Of a stretch of DNA of 64,000 bases, positions 36,335 to 46,842 are shown in pieces. Position 1 is the stretch's first letter, and every line of letters starts with the position of its first letter. This DNA is from Bacteroidota bacterium. Its GTDB lineage: Bacteria > Bacteroidota > Bacteroidia > Flavobacteriales > BACL11. Location: positions 807 to 64,806 of the forward strand of contig JAYZEM010000005.1 in assembly GCA_036337275.1 (NCBI GenBank), given 5' to 3'. The notes under the pieces were generated by a model. That model ran no database searches, was not told the origin of the DNA, and saw only the letters and a list, made by a program, of their open reading frames with translations. Position numbers and translations under genes: made by a program.

Positions 36335-38446
36335 ATGGCTACATTAGGAAGTATTAGAAGGCGGTCGACACTATTGATTTTGGTAATAGGCGTGGCAATG
36401 CTTGCCTTTATTTTAACCGATTTTATGCAATCCACAAGAAGTGGTGGCGGTGGCGGATTCTTTATTGGTGAGGTTGCAGGAGAAGAATTATCGATTCAGC
36501 ATTTTGAAGAAAGAGTGCAAAAAGGAACAGAAAACTGGAAAAACTCAAACCCTAATTCTACATTAAACCAGAGCACATTAGCTCAGATAAGAAATGCCAT
36601 TTGGGATGAATACATCAAAGAACTCTTAATGAATGCTGAATATGAGGCATTAGGAGTTGATGTTGATTCAGAAGAATTGTTTGAGCTTTTCCAAGGGGAT
36701 AATGTGCATTCTGAGATTAGTAAAATTCAAATTTTCCAAGATCCAAATACTAAGCAATTTGATAGAGCAAAGATGCTTCAATACATGAAAAGTTTGGAAA
36801 GCGAACAAAATACAGAAGCAAGAGAGGAATGGATAAATTTTGAGCAGTATATAAGTGGCTTAAGAAAAAACACAAAGTATAATACGCTTGTTGAGAAAGG
36901 AATGTATGTGAGTGCTGCTGAGGCACAATTGCACTTTAATCAAGGAAATGAGAATATTAATTTTGAATATGTTCCAATTTCATTTGTGCATATTGCTGAT
37001 AGTTTGGTAAATGTAACATCTGCTGAGATTGAAGATTATTATGATAATCATATTGATGAATATCAGCAAGATGAGTCGAGAGATGTAGATTATGTTGTAT
37101 TTTCAGTAGTTCCTTCTACACAAGATGATGAGGATACTAGAAATAATTTGGATGCAATTAAAACAACTTTTGAATCTTATGAAGATTTTGAGATTTTTGT
37201 AAAAAGAAATTCTGACAACTCAAATAACACATTCAATTTTGTAAAAGAGGATGGGATTTTTGATACCAATGCCACTTCATTGTTTAATGCTGAAAAAGGA
37301 ACAGTAATTGGTCCGTATTTATTTGCAGAAGGTAATTATCGTTTGGCAAAGTTAGCAGATGTACAATATAGGCCAGACTCTGTTGAGGCCAGACACATAT
37401 TAATATCTCCTGATGAAAATAAAGATTTAGATTCTGTAAATGCAGCAATTGAATCCATAAAAGAAGAAATTGAATCAGGAAAAGACTTCGCAGACTTAGC
37501 TGAGCAACATTCTATTGATAAAGGGTCTGCTATAAAGGGGGGTGATTTAGGATGGTTTAAAGAAGGTGTAATGGTTGCAGAATTTAATGAAGTTTCTTTT
37601 ACTGCTAATAAAGCCGACTTAACAATTGTACAATCACAATTTGGTGTCCACCTGATTGAAGTGACCAAGAAAAGCAGGAATGTCAAAAAAGTCAGAATTG
37701 CTTTTGTTGATAGAATTGTTGAGCCAAGTTCTGAAACCTATAATCAATATTATACTCAAGCCGCTCAGTTTGCAGGCGCACTACTCAATACAGATACTAC
37801 TAGCTTTGATGACTTGGCAACCAATCTAAATTTAGCAAAAAGAAATCAAGAAAAAGTAACACCAAGTACGCAAAATATTTCTGGTTTAGAAAATTCCAGA
37901 GGAATGATAAGATGGATGAATAAGGCAAAATCAGGAGATGTGTCAGATGTATTCGAATTTTCAAATAATTATGTGGTTGCTCTTTTAACTAAAATAAATG
38001 AAGAAGGGGATGCTCCTTTAGAAGAAGTAAGAACTGAGATAGAATCAAAAGTTAGAAAACAAAAGAAAGGAAAGATGATAACTGAAGAAATCAATTCACT
38101 TAACTACACCTCTTTATCAGATTTAGCAACAGCAATGCGCAGTCAAGTGCAGCAAGCCTCAGAAACTACATTTCTCAACAGTCAACTTCAAAATTTAGGA
38201 AATGAGCCTACATTAGTTGGAATCGTTAGCATGCATGAGAAAGAAGTTTTAAGCAATCCAATTGTGGGTAATAATGCTGTATTTGTTGCAAAAGTATTAA
38301 GCAGGAATGAAGTTCGGACCTCTGGAGATTTCTCTAAACAAAAAGAGCAAATTGTACAAGCACTAAAACAAAATGCATCAATTGCTGCATATAATGCGAT
38401 AAAAGAAAATGCTGAAGTAATAGATAATAGAAACAACTTCTATTAA
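36335..38446 (+). CDS. ppiD: Periplasmic chaperone / parvulin-type peptidyl-prolyl isomerase (PpiD-like)
   Basis: N-terminal membrane anchor (LLILVIGVAMLAFILTDF), and a parvulin domain ARHILISPDE...DLGWFKEGVMVAEF...FGVHLIEV. 703 aa. Confidence 0.8.
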   Translation: MATLGSIRRRSTLLILVIGVAMLAFILTDFMQSTRSGGGGGFFIGEVAGEELSIQHFEERVQKGTENWKNSNPNSTLNQSTLAQIRNAIWDEYIKELLMNAEYEALGVDVDSEELFELFQGDNVHSEISKIQIFQDPNTKQFDRAKMLQYMKSLESEQNTEAREEWINFEQYISGLRKNTKYNTLVEKGMYVSAAEAQLHFNQGNENINFEYVPISFVHIADSLVNVTSAEIEDYYDNHIDEYQQDESRDVDYVVFSVVPSTQDDEDTRNNLDAIKTTFESYEDFEIFVKRNSDNSNNTFNFVKEDGIFDTNATSLFNAEKGTVIGPYLFAEGNYRLAKLADVQYRPDSVEARHILISPDENKDLDSVNAAIESIKEEIESGKDFADLAEQHSIDKGSAIKGGDLGWFKEGVMVAEFNEVSFTANKADLTIVQSQFGVHLIEVTKKSRNVKKVRIAFVDRIVEPSSETYNQYYTQAAQFAGALLNTDTTSFDDLATNLNLAKRNQEKVTPSTQNISGLENSRGMIRWMNKAKSGDVSDVFEFSNNYVVALLTKINEEGDAPLEEVRTEIESKVRKQKKGKMITEEINSLNYTSLSDLATAMRSQVQQASETTFLNSQLQNLGNEPTLVGIVSMHEKEVLSNPIVGNNAVFVAKVLSRNEVRTSGDFSKQKEQIVQALKQNASIAAYNAIKENAEVIDNRNNFY

Positions 38447-38495
38447 GGGAGCAGCCCAACAGAAGAAAAGAAAAGCCCGTATTCTCGGACTTCTT

Positions 38496-39758
38496 TTATC
38501 GTAAAATCTGTAATCGGTAAGAATCTAAATTCAAAAAAATAAAAAGCAAGATAGTAAAGCCAATTAAAGAAGAGCCTCCATAACTAACAAAAGGCAATGG
38601 TATACCAATTACTGGCGCTAACCCTATTGTCATTCCAATATTAATGGCAAAATGAATAAACAATACAGCCGCAACACCATATCCATAAACTCTTGAAAAG
38701 GAAGATCTTTGTCTTTCAGCAAGATTGATTATTCTGAACAAAAGCAGAGTAAAAATTACTAAGAAAATTGATGTTCCAAAGAACCCCCATTCTTCACCAA
38801 TAGTGCAAAAAATAAAATCAGTACTTTGTTCTGGCACAAAATCAAATCGTGTTTGAGTACCTTCCAAAAACCCTTTACCAAAAAAACCTCCTGATCCAAT
38901 AGCAATTTTAGACTGAATCAGATTGTAGCCTGCCCCATGAGGATCAATCTCTTTTCCTAAAAGTATATTAATCCTTTCCACATGATGATGAGAAAGGAGG
39001 TTGTTAAAAATATAACTAACCGAAAAAACAAAGCAGACGGCTAATGCAAGTAAAGAGAATATGATTAAAGATTCTTTCTTCTTTCTTCTTGAAGATAGAA
39101 AAAATAAGAATGAAATAATTGCTAAAATGCCACTAAAAATGAATTTATTAATAAGTAAGGTGGCTATAAAAAGAACTCCACAAATTAATCCAAAAAACAA
39201 AACGTTCCCAGACAAACCTTCTCGAAAAAGAACTAATATTAAAGAAAGAAATACAAGAGCTGTTCCCAAATCATTTTGCAGAATTATCAAAAGAAAAGGA
39301 ATGCCTATTATCAGAAAACAGTTAAATTTAGTTTGGAAGGACTGTAGTTTAATACCATGCGTATTTAAGTATTTAGCTAATGCTAAAATAGTTGCAAATT
39401 TTGTAAATTCAGAGGGCTGAAACTTATAATTTCCAAGAATAAACCATGATGTTGCGCCTCCAGTTGTAGACCCCCAAATAAATAAGCCAAGCAACAATAA
39501 AATCATGCACACATATAAAAGATAGGAGAGTGCTTCAAAAAATTTCCAATCAAGAATTAGAATGATAAAAGCAACAAGAAAAGAAATGCCAATAAATAGT
39601 AATTGTTTCCCATGCCTTTGTGAAAAATCAAAAATTATAGATTGATCATCATTATATTGAGAAGCATAAATGTTTATCCACCCAAAAAAAACGATTGTAA
39701 TAAATAAACAGATTGTCATCCAATCAATATTTCCAAATATATCCTTACCGCCCCTCAT
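38496..39758 (-). CDS. rodA: Rod-shape-determining SEDS glycosyltransferase RodA
   Basis: FtsW/RodA/SpoVE-family blocks (QPSEFTKFATILALAKYL, NDLGTALVF, PEQSTDFIF, GLAPVIGIPLPFVSYGGSS). Its ATG overlaps the mrdA stop (ATGA). Confidence 0.92.
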   Translation of the reverse strand: MRGGKDIFGNIDWMTICLFITIVFFGWINIYASQYNDDQSIIFDFSQRHGKQLLFIGISFLVAFIILILDWKFFEALSYLLYVCMILLLLGLFIWGSTTGGATSWFILGNYKFQPSEFTKFATILALAKYLNTHGIKLQSFQTKFNCFLIIGIPFLLIILQNDLGTALVFLSLILVLFREGLSGNVLFFGLICGVLFIATLLINKFIFSGILAIISFLFFLSSRRKKKESLIIFSLLALAVCFVFSVSYIFNNLLSHHHVERINILLGKEIDPHGAGYNLIQSKIAIGSGGFFGKGFLEGTQTRFDFVPEQSTDFIFCTIGEEWGFFGTSIFLVIFTLLLFRIINLAERQRSSFSRVYGYGVAAVLFIHFAINIGMTIGLAPVIGIPLPFVSYGGSSLIGFTILLFIFLNLDSYRLQILR

Positions 39759-41581
39759 TTTTGACTCAATAAATTTCCATTTAAAATAAAGGATTCTAAA
39801 TGCTGATTAGTAATTTCATTTTTCAAATATTTTTCAATCATCAATGTGGCGATTGGAGCAGCCCAGGTTGAACCCCACCCTCCATTTTCAACATAAACGG
39901 CAATTGCAATTTCAGGATTATCTTTAGGGGCAAAAGCAATAAAAATGGAATGGTCCTCTCCATTTCCTGAGGTGTTTTGTGCCGTACCTGTTTTTCCGCA
40001 AATATTTATATCTTCTATTACACAATTCTTAGCAGTACCATCCTTATCCTCTAACACCATCTGCATACCATCAATGACGAGTTCAAAATGTTTAGGGTTA
40101 ATTGTTGTATATTTTTTCTTTGTGAACTGCTCATTACTAATGACATCATTTCCAATTTTTTTTACAATGTGAGGCGTAAAATAGTATCCCCTATTTGCAA
40201 AGACTGCACTTATGTTAGCCATCTGTATTGGGGTTAGTAAAAGTTCCCCTTGCCCTATTGAAAGTGATAGAATCGTGCTTGCATTCCAATGCGTTTTCCC
40301 ATAAATATTATCATATGTATTTGTCGAAGGCAGCAAGCCTTTTTTTCCAGAACTAAAGTCATTATTCATCCATTGTCCAATCCCAAAACTTTCAAGATGA
40401 TCTTGCCACTTATTGAATGCGGTTTCAGTATTTGGGTATTTGTCAAACAACTTTTGAAAGACGTTACAAAAATAGGCATTGCAGGAGATTGCAATAGCTT
40501 TTTTCATGCTTAAAGGAGATGTATGTTCATGACAAGTTACCGCCTTATCTTTTGCATATTCATAACCTCCAGTACAATTGTAATTTGCATATGCAATTAT
40601 TGTTTTTTCTTGCATAGCAATCAACCCATTAATCAACTTGAAAGTAGATCCAGGAGCATATTGCCCTAGAAGCGAACGATTAAATAAGGGCTTATGCTTA
40701 TCTTCTAATAATTTGTTAAAATTTTCTGTTCTTTTTCTTCCGGTTAATGTATTCGGATTAAAAGTTGGAGAAGAAACCAAAGACAATATTTCACCAGTTG
40801 AAGGCTCAATTGCCACTATACTTCCAATTTTATTCTGCATTAGATTTTCTCCATATTTTTGCAAATCTGCATCAATAGTGGTTGTGATATTAAATCCAGC
40901 AACGGCATTTGTATCGTACCTTCCTTCATTAAATTTACCTTTTTTACTATTATGCACATCTACTAAAACGAGTTCCATTCCCTTTTCTCCTCTTAACAAA
41001 TATTCATACGCTATTTCAACACCACTTATTCCTATCAGATCTCCACTTGTATAGTAATTCTCTTCTTGAATTTTTTTACTGTCTACTTCCCCCAAATAGC
41101 CCATTACATTTGAAGCTATATTTAATGGGTATTTTCTGGTACTTCTAGTTCTTACAAAAAAACCTTTGAATTGATAAAGCATCTCACCAAATGTTGCAAA
41201 TGTCTGAGCATCTATTTTTTTTGAGAATACACTTTCTTTATATTTTGAATAACCTTTTGCTTTTTTTAATCTAGCGGTGTATTCTTCAATCTTGATATTT
41301 AGTAATTTGCAAAGCAGTAATGAATCAATATCTTTAGCGACTTCTCTAGGTACAATCATCAAATCATAAGAAGCTTCATTATAGGCCAATAGTTTATTAT
41401 TTCTGTCGTATAATAGTCCTCTTGCCGGATATTTTACATCATAACGCAATACATTGTTTTTTGCTGAAAATTTATATTTATCATTAATAAGTTGTATGTA
41501 GAAGAATTTGCACAAAAAAACAAATGACACAAATAGAAAGATCCCTTTAACAATAACTTGTCTATTATTATTCGCCTTCAT
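39755..41581 (-). CDS. mrdA: Penicillin-binding protein 2 (elongasome transpeptidase)
   Basis: PBP dimerisation domain plus a transpeptidase domain with STFK (PGSTFKL), SCN (AISCNAYF) and KTGTA (CGKTGTAQ) motifs. Confidence 0.92.
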   Translation of the reverse strand: MKANNNRQVIVKGIFLFVSFVFLCKFFYIQLINDKYKFSAKNNVLRYDVKYPARGLLYDRNNKLLAYNEASYDLMIVPREVAKDIDSLLLCKLLNIKIEEYTARLKKAKGYSKYKESVFSKKIDAQTFATFGEMLYQFKGFFVRTRSTRKYPLNIASNVMGYLGEVDSKKIQEENYYTSGDLIGISGVEIAYEYLLRGEKGMELVLVDVHNSKKGKFNEGRYDTNAVAGFNITTTIDADLQKYGENLMQNKIGSIVAIEPSTGEILSLVSSPTFNPNTLTGRKRTENFNKLLEDKHKPLFNRSLLGQYAPGSTFKLINGLIAMQEKTIIAYANYNCTGGYEYAKDKAVTCHEHTSPLSMKKAIAISCNAYFCNVFQKLFDKYPNTETAFNKWQDHLESFGIGQWMNNDFSSGKKGLLPSTNTYDNIYGKTHWNASTILSLSIGQGELLLTPIQMANISAVFANRGYYFTPHIVKKIGNDVISNEQFTKKKYTTINPKHFELVIDGMQMVLEDKDGTAKNCVIEDINICGKTGTAQNTSGNGEDHSIFIAFAPKDNPEIAIAVYVENGGWGSTWAAPIATLMIEKYLKNEITNQHLESFILNGNLLSQK

Positions 41582-42105
41582 TATCTTGTGTCAGGCTTAA
41601 AGAAAAAGAATTGGCAAATCAGGATTATTGCAAATGTAATAAGACTGCTCAACATTATTTTACCAAAAATATTAGCGAATGACGCTAACTTAAAATGAGC
41701 TAACAAAAACAAAACAGTGTGATAAATAAATATGATTAAAAGAGAAAGTAGGGAAAACATTTTAAATCCTAGTTTCTGTAAAAAAAGGTCTTGATCCCCA
41801 CTTATTGTATTTTTTGGAATTACAATATTTTCAACTGCTGGTTTTACAAAAGCTATGAAAACAGCAGCAGTGGAATGAAAACCAATTGCACCTTCAAAAA
41901 GATCTATAAAAAAACCTAGGAAAAAAGCAAATACTAATAAAAACCATCTAGGAGAAATTTGTGGTAAACAAATAATTAACATAATGTAAAAGTAAGGATT
42001 GATATATCCGTTAAACATTACTTGATTCAATATATAAATTTGAATGAAAACAAAAACAGGCATAAGAAAGAGATATTTGTAAAGATGTTTAATCATTTTT
42101 TGCAT
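41581..42105 (-). CDS. mreD: Rod shape-determining protein MreD
   Basis: Small protein of about 5 TM segments between mreC and mrdA. Its stop shares 1 nt with the mrdA ATG (TAATG). Confidence 0.75.
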   Translation of the reverse strand: MQKMIKHLYKYLFLMPVFVFIQIYILNQVMFNGYINPYFYIMLIICLPQISPRWFLLVFAFFLGFFIDLFEGAIGFHSTAAVFIAFVKPAVENIVIPKNTISGDQDLFLQKLGFKMFSLLSLLIIFIYHTVLFLLAHFKLASFANIFGKIMLSSLITFAIILICQFFFFKPDTR

Positions 42106-42904
42106 TTTTTTCTAGTATTTCTTTTTCTTTCTTTGTCAATGATTCAACAATATAAACATATTGAATACGATTAAAATCTTCAAAGAATTGCATTTTAATT
42201 TTGTAAAAATTATCTCCTGGGATTTCTTCAAAAGTCTTTACTTTTCCAATTGATATGCCTTCAGGAAAGATAGCTGAATTGCCACTACTAACTATAGTGT
42301 CTCCGAAATGAGTATTAGCATGGTTAGGGATATCTTCAACATTTGCTTCTCTATAATTAAATCCGTCCCACAACATTCTACCTAGAAAGAGCTCATTTTT
42401 TAGCCTTACACTAATGCTAGATTTTTGATGTAAAACGGAAATAACTAATGAAAACCTATTAGAAACAGAATGAATAATCCCCACAACCCCATTGTTTGTG
42501 ATTACACCCATTCCTTCTTTTACTCCATGTTTAGCACCCTTGTTGAGGGTTAAATAATTATTGCTTCTATGAACGGAATTATTAATTACAATAGCGGATT
42601 GATATTTAAATAAAGGGTCATCATAAAATAAAGAATTAGCTGAAAGAACTTTTTGTTTTTTCAATAAGGAACGTAATTTCGCATTCTCGTCTGCAAGAAA
42701 ATCATTACTCTTTTTAAGTTTAAACCATTCTGAAATATTGGCAACTCCTGAATGAAAAACACCAATATATTTTTGGCTAAAACCACTTATCTTATTTCCT
42801 TGATATTGATTATTGCTAGCAAGTAGAAATATAGAAAATCCTTCTATCAGAAGAAATAAAAGAATAAAATGATATTTTTTTACAAACTGAATAAGGTTGT
42901 ACAT
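42089..42904 (-). CDS. mreC: Rod shape-determining protein MreC
   Basis: N-terminal anchor, a coiled-coil segment (ENAKLRSLLKKQK), beta-barrel blocks (GMGVITNNGVVGII, GDTIVSSGNSAIFPEGISIGKV), and position after mreB. Confidence 0.85.
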   Translation of the reverse strand: MYNLIQFVKKYHFILLFLLIEGFSIFLLASNNQYQGNKISGFSQKYIGVFHSGVANISEWFKLKKSNDFLADENAKLRSLLKKQKVLSANSLFYDDPLFKYQSAIVINNSVHRSNNYLTLNKGAKHGVKEGMGVITNNGVVGIIHSVSNRFSLVISVLHQKSSISVRLKNELFLGRMLWDGFNYREANVEDIPNHANTHFGDTIVSSGNSAIFPEGISIGKVKTFEEIPGDNFYKIKMQFFEDFNRIQYVYIVESLTKKEKEILEKNAKND

Positions 42905-42917
42905 ACATCAACCAATA

Positions 42918-43940
42918 TTATTTTATTAAAAATGGAAACTTTTCTATATTTTTCAATGCTATTCCAGTCCCTCTTGCAACTGCTCTTAAAGGATCTTCTG
43001 CAACATAAACAGGTAGTTTTGTTTTCTGAGAAATTCTCTTATCAAGACCTCTCAGCATAGATCCGCCACCAGTTAAATACAACCCGGTATTGTAAATATC
43101 TGCAGACAACTCAGGTGGAGTCTGAAAAAGCGCTCCCATTATTGCCTCTTCAATTTGTTCTATAGAGTTATTCATAGCGCCAGCAATTTCTTTATAGGTT
43201 ACAACAATTTCTTTTGGGATACCTGTCATTAAATCCCTGCCATGTACTGCATAATTTCCTGGAGGCTCATCCAATTCAGTGAGTGCCGAACCAACACTAA
43301 TCTTAATCCTTTCGGCAGTTGTATCTCCAATAGCGATATTGTGCCTTGTTTTCATATAGTTTTTAATGTTGTCAGTAAATTCGTCTCCAGCAATTCTGAT
43401 TGATTTATCCGTTACAATTCCGCCAAGTGAAATTACTGCAATTTCGGTTGTGCCCCCTCCAATATCAATCACCATATTTCCATTTGGTTCAAGTACATCA
43501 ATCCCAATCCCAATAGCTGCAGCCATTGGTTCATGAATTAAAAAAACTTCTTTTGCGCCAGCATGTTCAGCCGAATCGATTACGGCTCTTTTTTCCACTT
43601 CTGTAACTCCAGAAGGAATGCAAATCACCATTTTTACTGAAGGTGCTAGTAAGGATCTTTTTCTTTGAATCATTTTAATAAAGCCTCTTAGCATTTGTTC
43701 AGAAGATTGAAAATCTGCAATCACCCCATCCTTAAGCGGGCGAATGGTTTCAATCTTTTTATGTGTCTTTCCTTGCATTTGTTGAGCCCTTGTTCCAATA
43801 GCAACAATTTCATTGGTTTGCATATCTCTTGCCACAATTGAGGGTTCGTCTACAACCACTTTATCCTGATGAATAATGAGTGTGTTTGCAGTCCCTAAAT
43901 CAATTGCAATTTCTTCTGTCATAAAATCAAAAAAGCCCAT
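42918..43940 (-). CDS. mreB: Actin-like rod shape-determining protein MreB
   Basis: IAIDLGTANTLI, VICIPSGVTEVEKRA, EPMAAAIG, DIGGGTTE and LTGGGSMLRGLD motifs. Confidence 0.96.
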   Translation of the reverse strand: MGFFDFMTEEIAIDLGTANTLIIHQDKVVVDEPSIVARDMQTNEIVAIGTRAQQMQGKTHKKIETIRPLKDGVIADFQSSEQMLRGFIKMIQRKRSLLAPSVKMVICIPSGVTEVEKRAVIDSAEHAGAKEVFLIHEPMAAAIGIGIDVLEPNGNMVIDIGGGTTEIAVISLGGIVTDKSIRIAGDEFTDNIKNYMKTRHNIAIGDTTAERIKISVGSALTELDEPPGNYAVHGRDLMTGIPKEIVVTYKEIAGAMNNSIEQIEEAIMGALFQTPPELSADIYNTGLYLTGGGSMLRGLDKRISQKTKLPVYVAEDPLRAVARGTGIALKNIEKFPFLIK

Positions 43941-43951
43941 AGTTTTTATTT

Positions 43952-45469
43952 TTAGTGTTTAAAATGTCTTATTCCTGTCATCACCATACTAATCTTATTT
44001 TCATTACAATAATCAATTGAGAGTTGATCCTTAATAGATCCTCCTGGCTGAATTACAGCACTAATTCCTGCCTTTTTTGCCAATTCCACACAATCTGGAA
44101 AAGGAAAAAACGCATCAGAAGCCATAACAGCATTCTTTAGATCAAAGCCAAAAGTCCTCGCTTTTTCCACAGATTGCTTTAGCGCATCAACTCTTGATGT
44201 CTGCCCAACACCACTTGCCAAAAGCTGTTTGTTTTTTACAAATACTATGGTGTTTGATTTGCTATGCTTGCATACTTTTGAAGCAAAAACCAAATCGGTT
44301 AACTGCTCATTAGATGGCGTAATTTCAGTTGCGGTTTTCATCTCAGCAATAGCATCTGTTTTTAAGTCTTTATCTTGAAATAAAACACCATTTAGTGCAG
44401 TACGATATTCTGTACTACTAATTGAGGTTGGTTTTTGTTTTAGCAAAACCCTATTTTTCTTTGCTTTCAGGAAATTAAGCGCTTCAGATGAAAAAGATGG
44501 CGCAATCAACACTTCATAAAATATATTATCAATTTTTTCTGCAGTAACTGAATCAATTTCCTTGTTTGTTATCAACACGCCCCCAAAAGCAGAAACAGGA
44601 TCACCAGCCAAAGCATCTTTCCAGGCATCAGTCAGATTTTCTCTACTTGCAACCCCACAAGCATTATTGTGCTTTAATACTGCAAAGGTTGTCTCATTAA
44701 ATTCTGCAATTAAATTTACAGCTGCATCTACATCCAACAAATTGTTGTATGAAAGTTCCTTGCCATTTAGTTGCTCAAACAAATCTTCAAACTTACCAAA
44801 AAACTTTCCACTTTGATGCGGATTTTCTCCATACCTTAATTTTTTTGAAGTACGAATACTTTGTTTAAACACATCTTCATTCTCATTATTAAAATAGTTA
44901 AATATGGCTGAGTCGTAATGAGATGATACATTAAAAGCAGTAGTAGCAAATTGTTTTCTTTGAGCTAATGTTGTAGTCCTACCTTGCTTTAAAATTCTCA
45001 ATAATTCATCATACTGTTTCATTTCAGAAATGATAACGACATCTTTATAGTTTTTTGCAGCAGCACGAACAAGGGAGATGCCGCCTATGTCAATTTTTTC
45101 TATAATCTCCCTCTCCTCATCAGTAGATGCGATTGTTTTTTCAAACGGATAAAGATCAACAATTACCAAATCAAATTCTGGAATTTCGTATTCAACTAAT
45201 TGTAATTGATCATTTTCTTCTTCTCTTCTTGTCAGGATACCTCCAAATACTTTTGGATGGAGAGTTTTTACACGCCCTCCTAGAATAGAAGGATAAGAAG
45301 TTAAATCTTCAACTTTATTAACCTTTACCCCTAATTCTTCAATAAATTGTTGAGTCCCACCAGTTGAATAAATACTTACATCAAGTTCATTTAGCTTCTG
45401 TGCAATTTCGCCTAATCCCTCTTTGTGAAATACGGAAATAATGGCATTTTTTATGATTTTTTCTTCTGA
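43952..45469 (-). CDS. purH: Bifunctional AICAR transformylase / IMP cyclohydrolase
   Basis: MGS-like N-domain (ALISVFHKEGL-type, STGGT, GRVKTLHPK, VVDLYPF) and an AICARFT C-domain (KHNNACGVA, ending RHFKH). The first 12 codons of the track ORF were removed, giving an ATG start at 45469. Confidence 0.95.
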   Translation of the reverse strand, partial: SEEKIIKNAIISVFHKEGLGEIAQKLNELDVSIYSTGGTQQFIEELGVKVNKVEDLTSYPSILGGRVKTLHPKVFGGILTRREEENDQLQLVEYEIPEFDLVIVDLYPFEKTIASTDEEREIIEKIDIGGISLVRAAAKNYKDVVIISEMKQYDELLRILKQGRTTTLAQRKQFATTAFNVSSHYDSAIFNYFNNENEDVFKQSIRTSKKLRYGENPHQSGKFFGKFEDLFEQLNGKELSYNNLLDVDAAVNLIAEFNETTFAVLKHNNACGVASRENLTDAWKDALAGDPVSAFGGVLITNKEIDSVTAEKIDNIFYEVLIAPSFSSEALNFLKAKKNRVLLKQKPTSISSTEYRTALNGVLFQDKDLKTDAIAEMKTATEITPSNEQLTDLVFASKVCKHSKSNTIVFVKNKQLLASGVGQTSRVDALKQSVEKARTFGFDLKNAVMASDAFFPFPDCVELAKKAGISAVIQPGGSIKDQLSIDYCNENKISMVMTGIRHFKH

Positions 45470-45606
45470 CATCTGCAAATGCAATTTTACCCAAAACCTT
45501 ACCAATAGTCAAATATAAATCTGCAAAAAATAGGATTGTTAATAACTTTTGCACTTTTGTTAACTCACCTTAAAATTTGCGTAATTTTGAAGTTTTTAAT
45601 AAAAAG

Positions 45607-46842
45607 ATGTTTGTCAGACTGATTACAGAACCAGTACGATTTGCTTGGCTGACTATTGTTAATAACCGGCTCAGGACTTTTCTCTCTTTACTAGGAGTTA
45701 CAATTGGTATTATTGCTATTATTTCTGTTTTTACAATTGTTGATGCATTGGAAAAAAATGTAAGAGATAGTGTGGAATCGTTAGGTGATAATGTGGTTTA
45801 TATTCAAAAATGGCCTTGGGGAGGAGCAGGAGAATATCAATGGTGGAAATACTATAAAAGACCAAAAGTGAATTTTAAAGAATTCAAACAAGTAAATGAT
45901 AGATGTAAAAGTGCAAGCGCTATTGCTTTTCTTTTTGAAGGCAGAAGAACAGTTAAAAGTGATAATACTATTTTAGAAGATGTTAAGGTAAGTGGTTTTA
46001 CTTTTGAATTTCCGCAAATTCTTTCTTTTAATATGGATAAGGGTAGGTTCTTATCCCAAGATGAGATGAACTCAGGAAAAAATTATGTGCTAATAGGTCA
46101 TGCAATTGCAACTGCTCTTTTTGAAAATTTCAATCCAATTGGAGAGAGCATCAAAATTGCAGGAATAAATGCGAAAGTAATTGGTGTGATAGAAAAACAA
46201 GGAGAAGATATTACTGGAAATTCGCAAGACAATAGTGTATTGTGCAGTTATCTTTTTGCCAAAAGATTTCTAAGTGAAAGAAGGAGCGAACCTTTAATTA
46301 TGGTTAAGGCAAACGAAAATGTGAGTAACGATCAACTTAAAAGTGAATTAAAACAAATAATGCGTACCATTAGAAGGGTTCGCCCATTAGAAGATGATAA
46401 TTTCTCAATGAATGAGGTGAGTTTAATAAAGCAAGGGTTGGATCAATTGTTTTCTGTAATAGGGATGGCGGGTTGGATAATAGGAGGATTTTCTATTTTA
46501 GTTGGTGGATTTGGGATTGCCAATATTATGTTTGTTTCAGTAAAAGAACGGACTAAGATTATTGGAATTCAAAAAGCGTTAGGAGCAAAAAACATATTTA
46601 TCTTGCTTCAGTTTCTTTTCGAATCCATTTTTCTTTGTGTACTTGGAGGAAGTTTTGGGTTAACAATTGTTTGGGTATTATCTGCAATTGGAAGTAAAAT
46701 ACTCGATTTTAATTTGAATTTAACTATCGAAAACATAATCTTAGGGCTTTCAGTCTCTGCAATTATTGGAATGATAAGCGGTATTATCCCTGCACTTTCG
46801 GCTTCAAAACTTGATCCAGTTGACGCGATTCGTTCAAGCTAA
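45607..46842 (+). CDS. ABC-transporter permease, MacB/FtsX-like (MacB_PCD + FtsX domains)
   Basis: N-terminal TM segment (RTFLSLLGVTIGIIAI), a large periplasmic domain, and a C-terminal FtsX block (FVSVKERTKIIGIQKALGAKN...PALSASKLDPVDAIR). No ATPase gene is adjacent. Start at ATG 45607 preferred to TTG 45577; it remains uncertain. Confidence 0.8.
   Translation: MFVRLITEPVRFAWLTIVNNRLRTFLSLLGVTIGIIAIISVFTIVDALEKNVRDSVESLGDNVVYIQKWPWGGAGEYQWWKYYKRPKVNFKEFKQVNDRCKSASAIAFLFEGRRTVKSDNTILEDVKVSGFTFEFPQILSFNMDKGRFLSQDEMNSGKNYVLIGHAIATALFENFNPIGESIKIAGINAKVIGVIEKQGEDITGNSQDNSVLCSYLFAKRFLSERRSEPLIMVKANENVSNDQLKSELKQIMRTIRRVRPLEDDNFSMNEVSLIKQGLDQLFSVIGMAGWIIGGFSILVGGFGIANIMFVSVKERTKIIGIQKALGAKNIFILLQFLFESIFLCVLGGSFGLTIVWVLSAIGSKILDFNLNLTIENIILGLSVSAIIGMISGIIPALSASKLDPVDAIRSS

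Noticed and set aside
38447-38495. Terminator between the convergent ppiD and rodA genes
   Set aside because: I could not find a convincing GC-rich stem. Only 3-4 bp pairings are possible in gaaaagcccgtattctcggacttctttt.
40638-41054. Long antisense ORFs in the track. Examples: 40638..41054 opposite mrdA, 50305..50783 opposite pfp, 37336..37686 opposite ppiD, 15934..16281 opposite ccsBA, 60752..61171 opposite rng, 39061..39420 opposite rodA.
   Set aside because: All lie wholly inside strongly supported genes on the other strand. Their composition is low-complexity or biased (S/I/F/L-rich), and none shows a recognisable motif. These are typical shadow ORFs.
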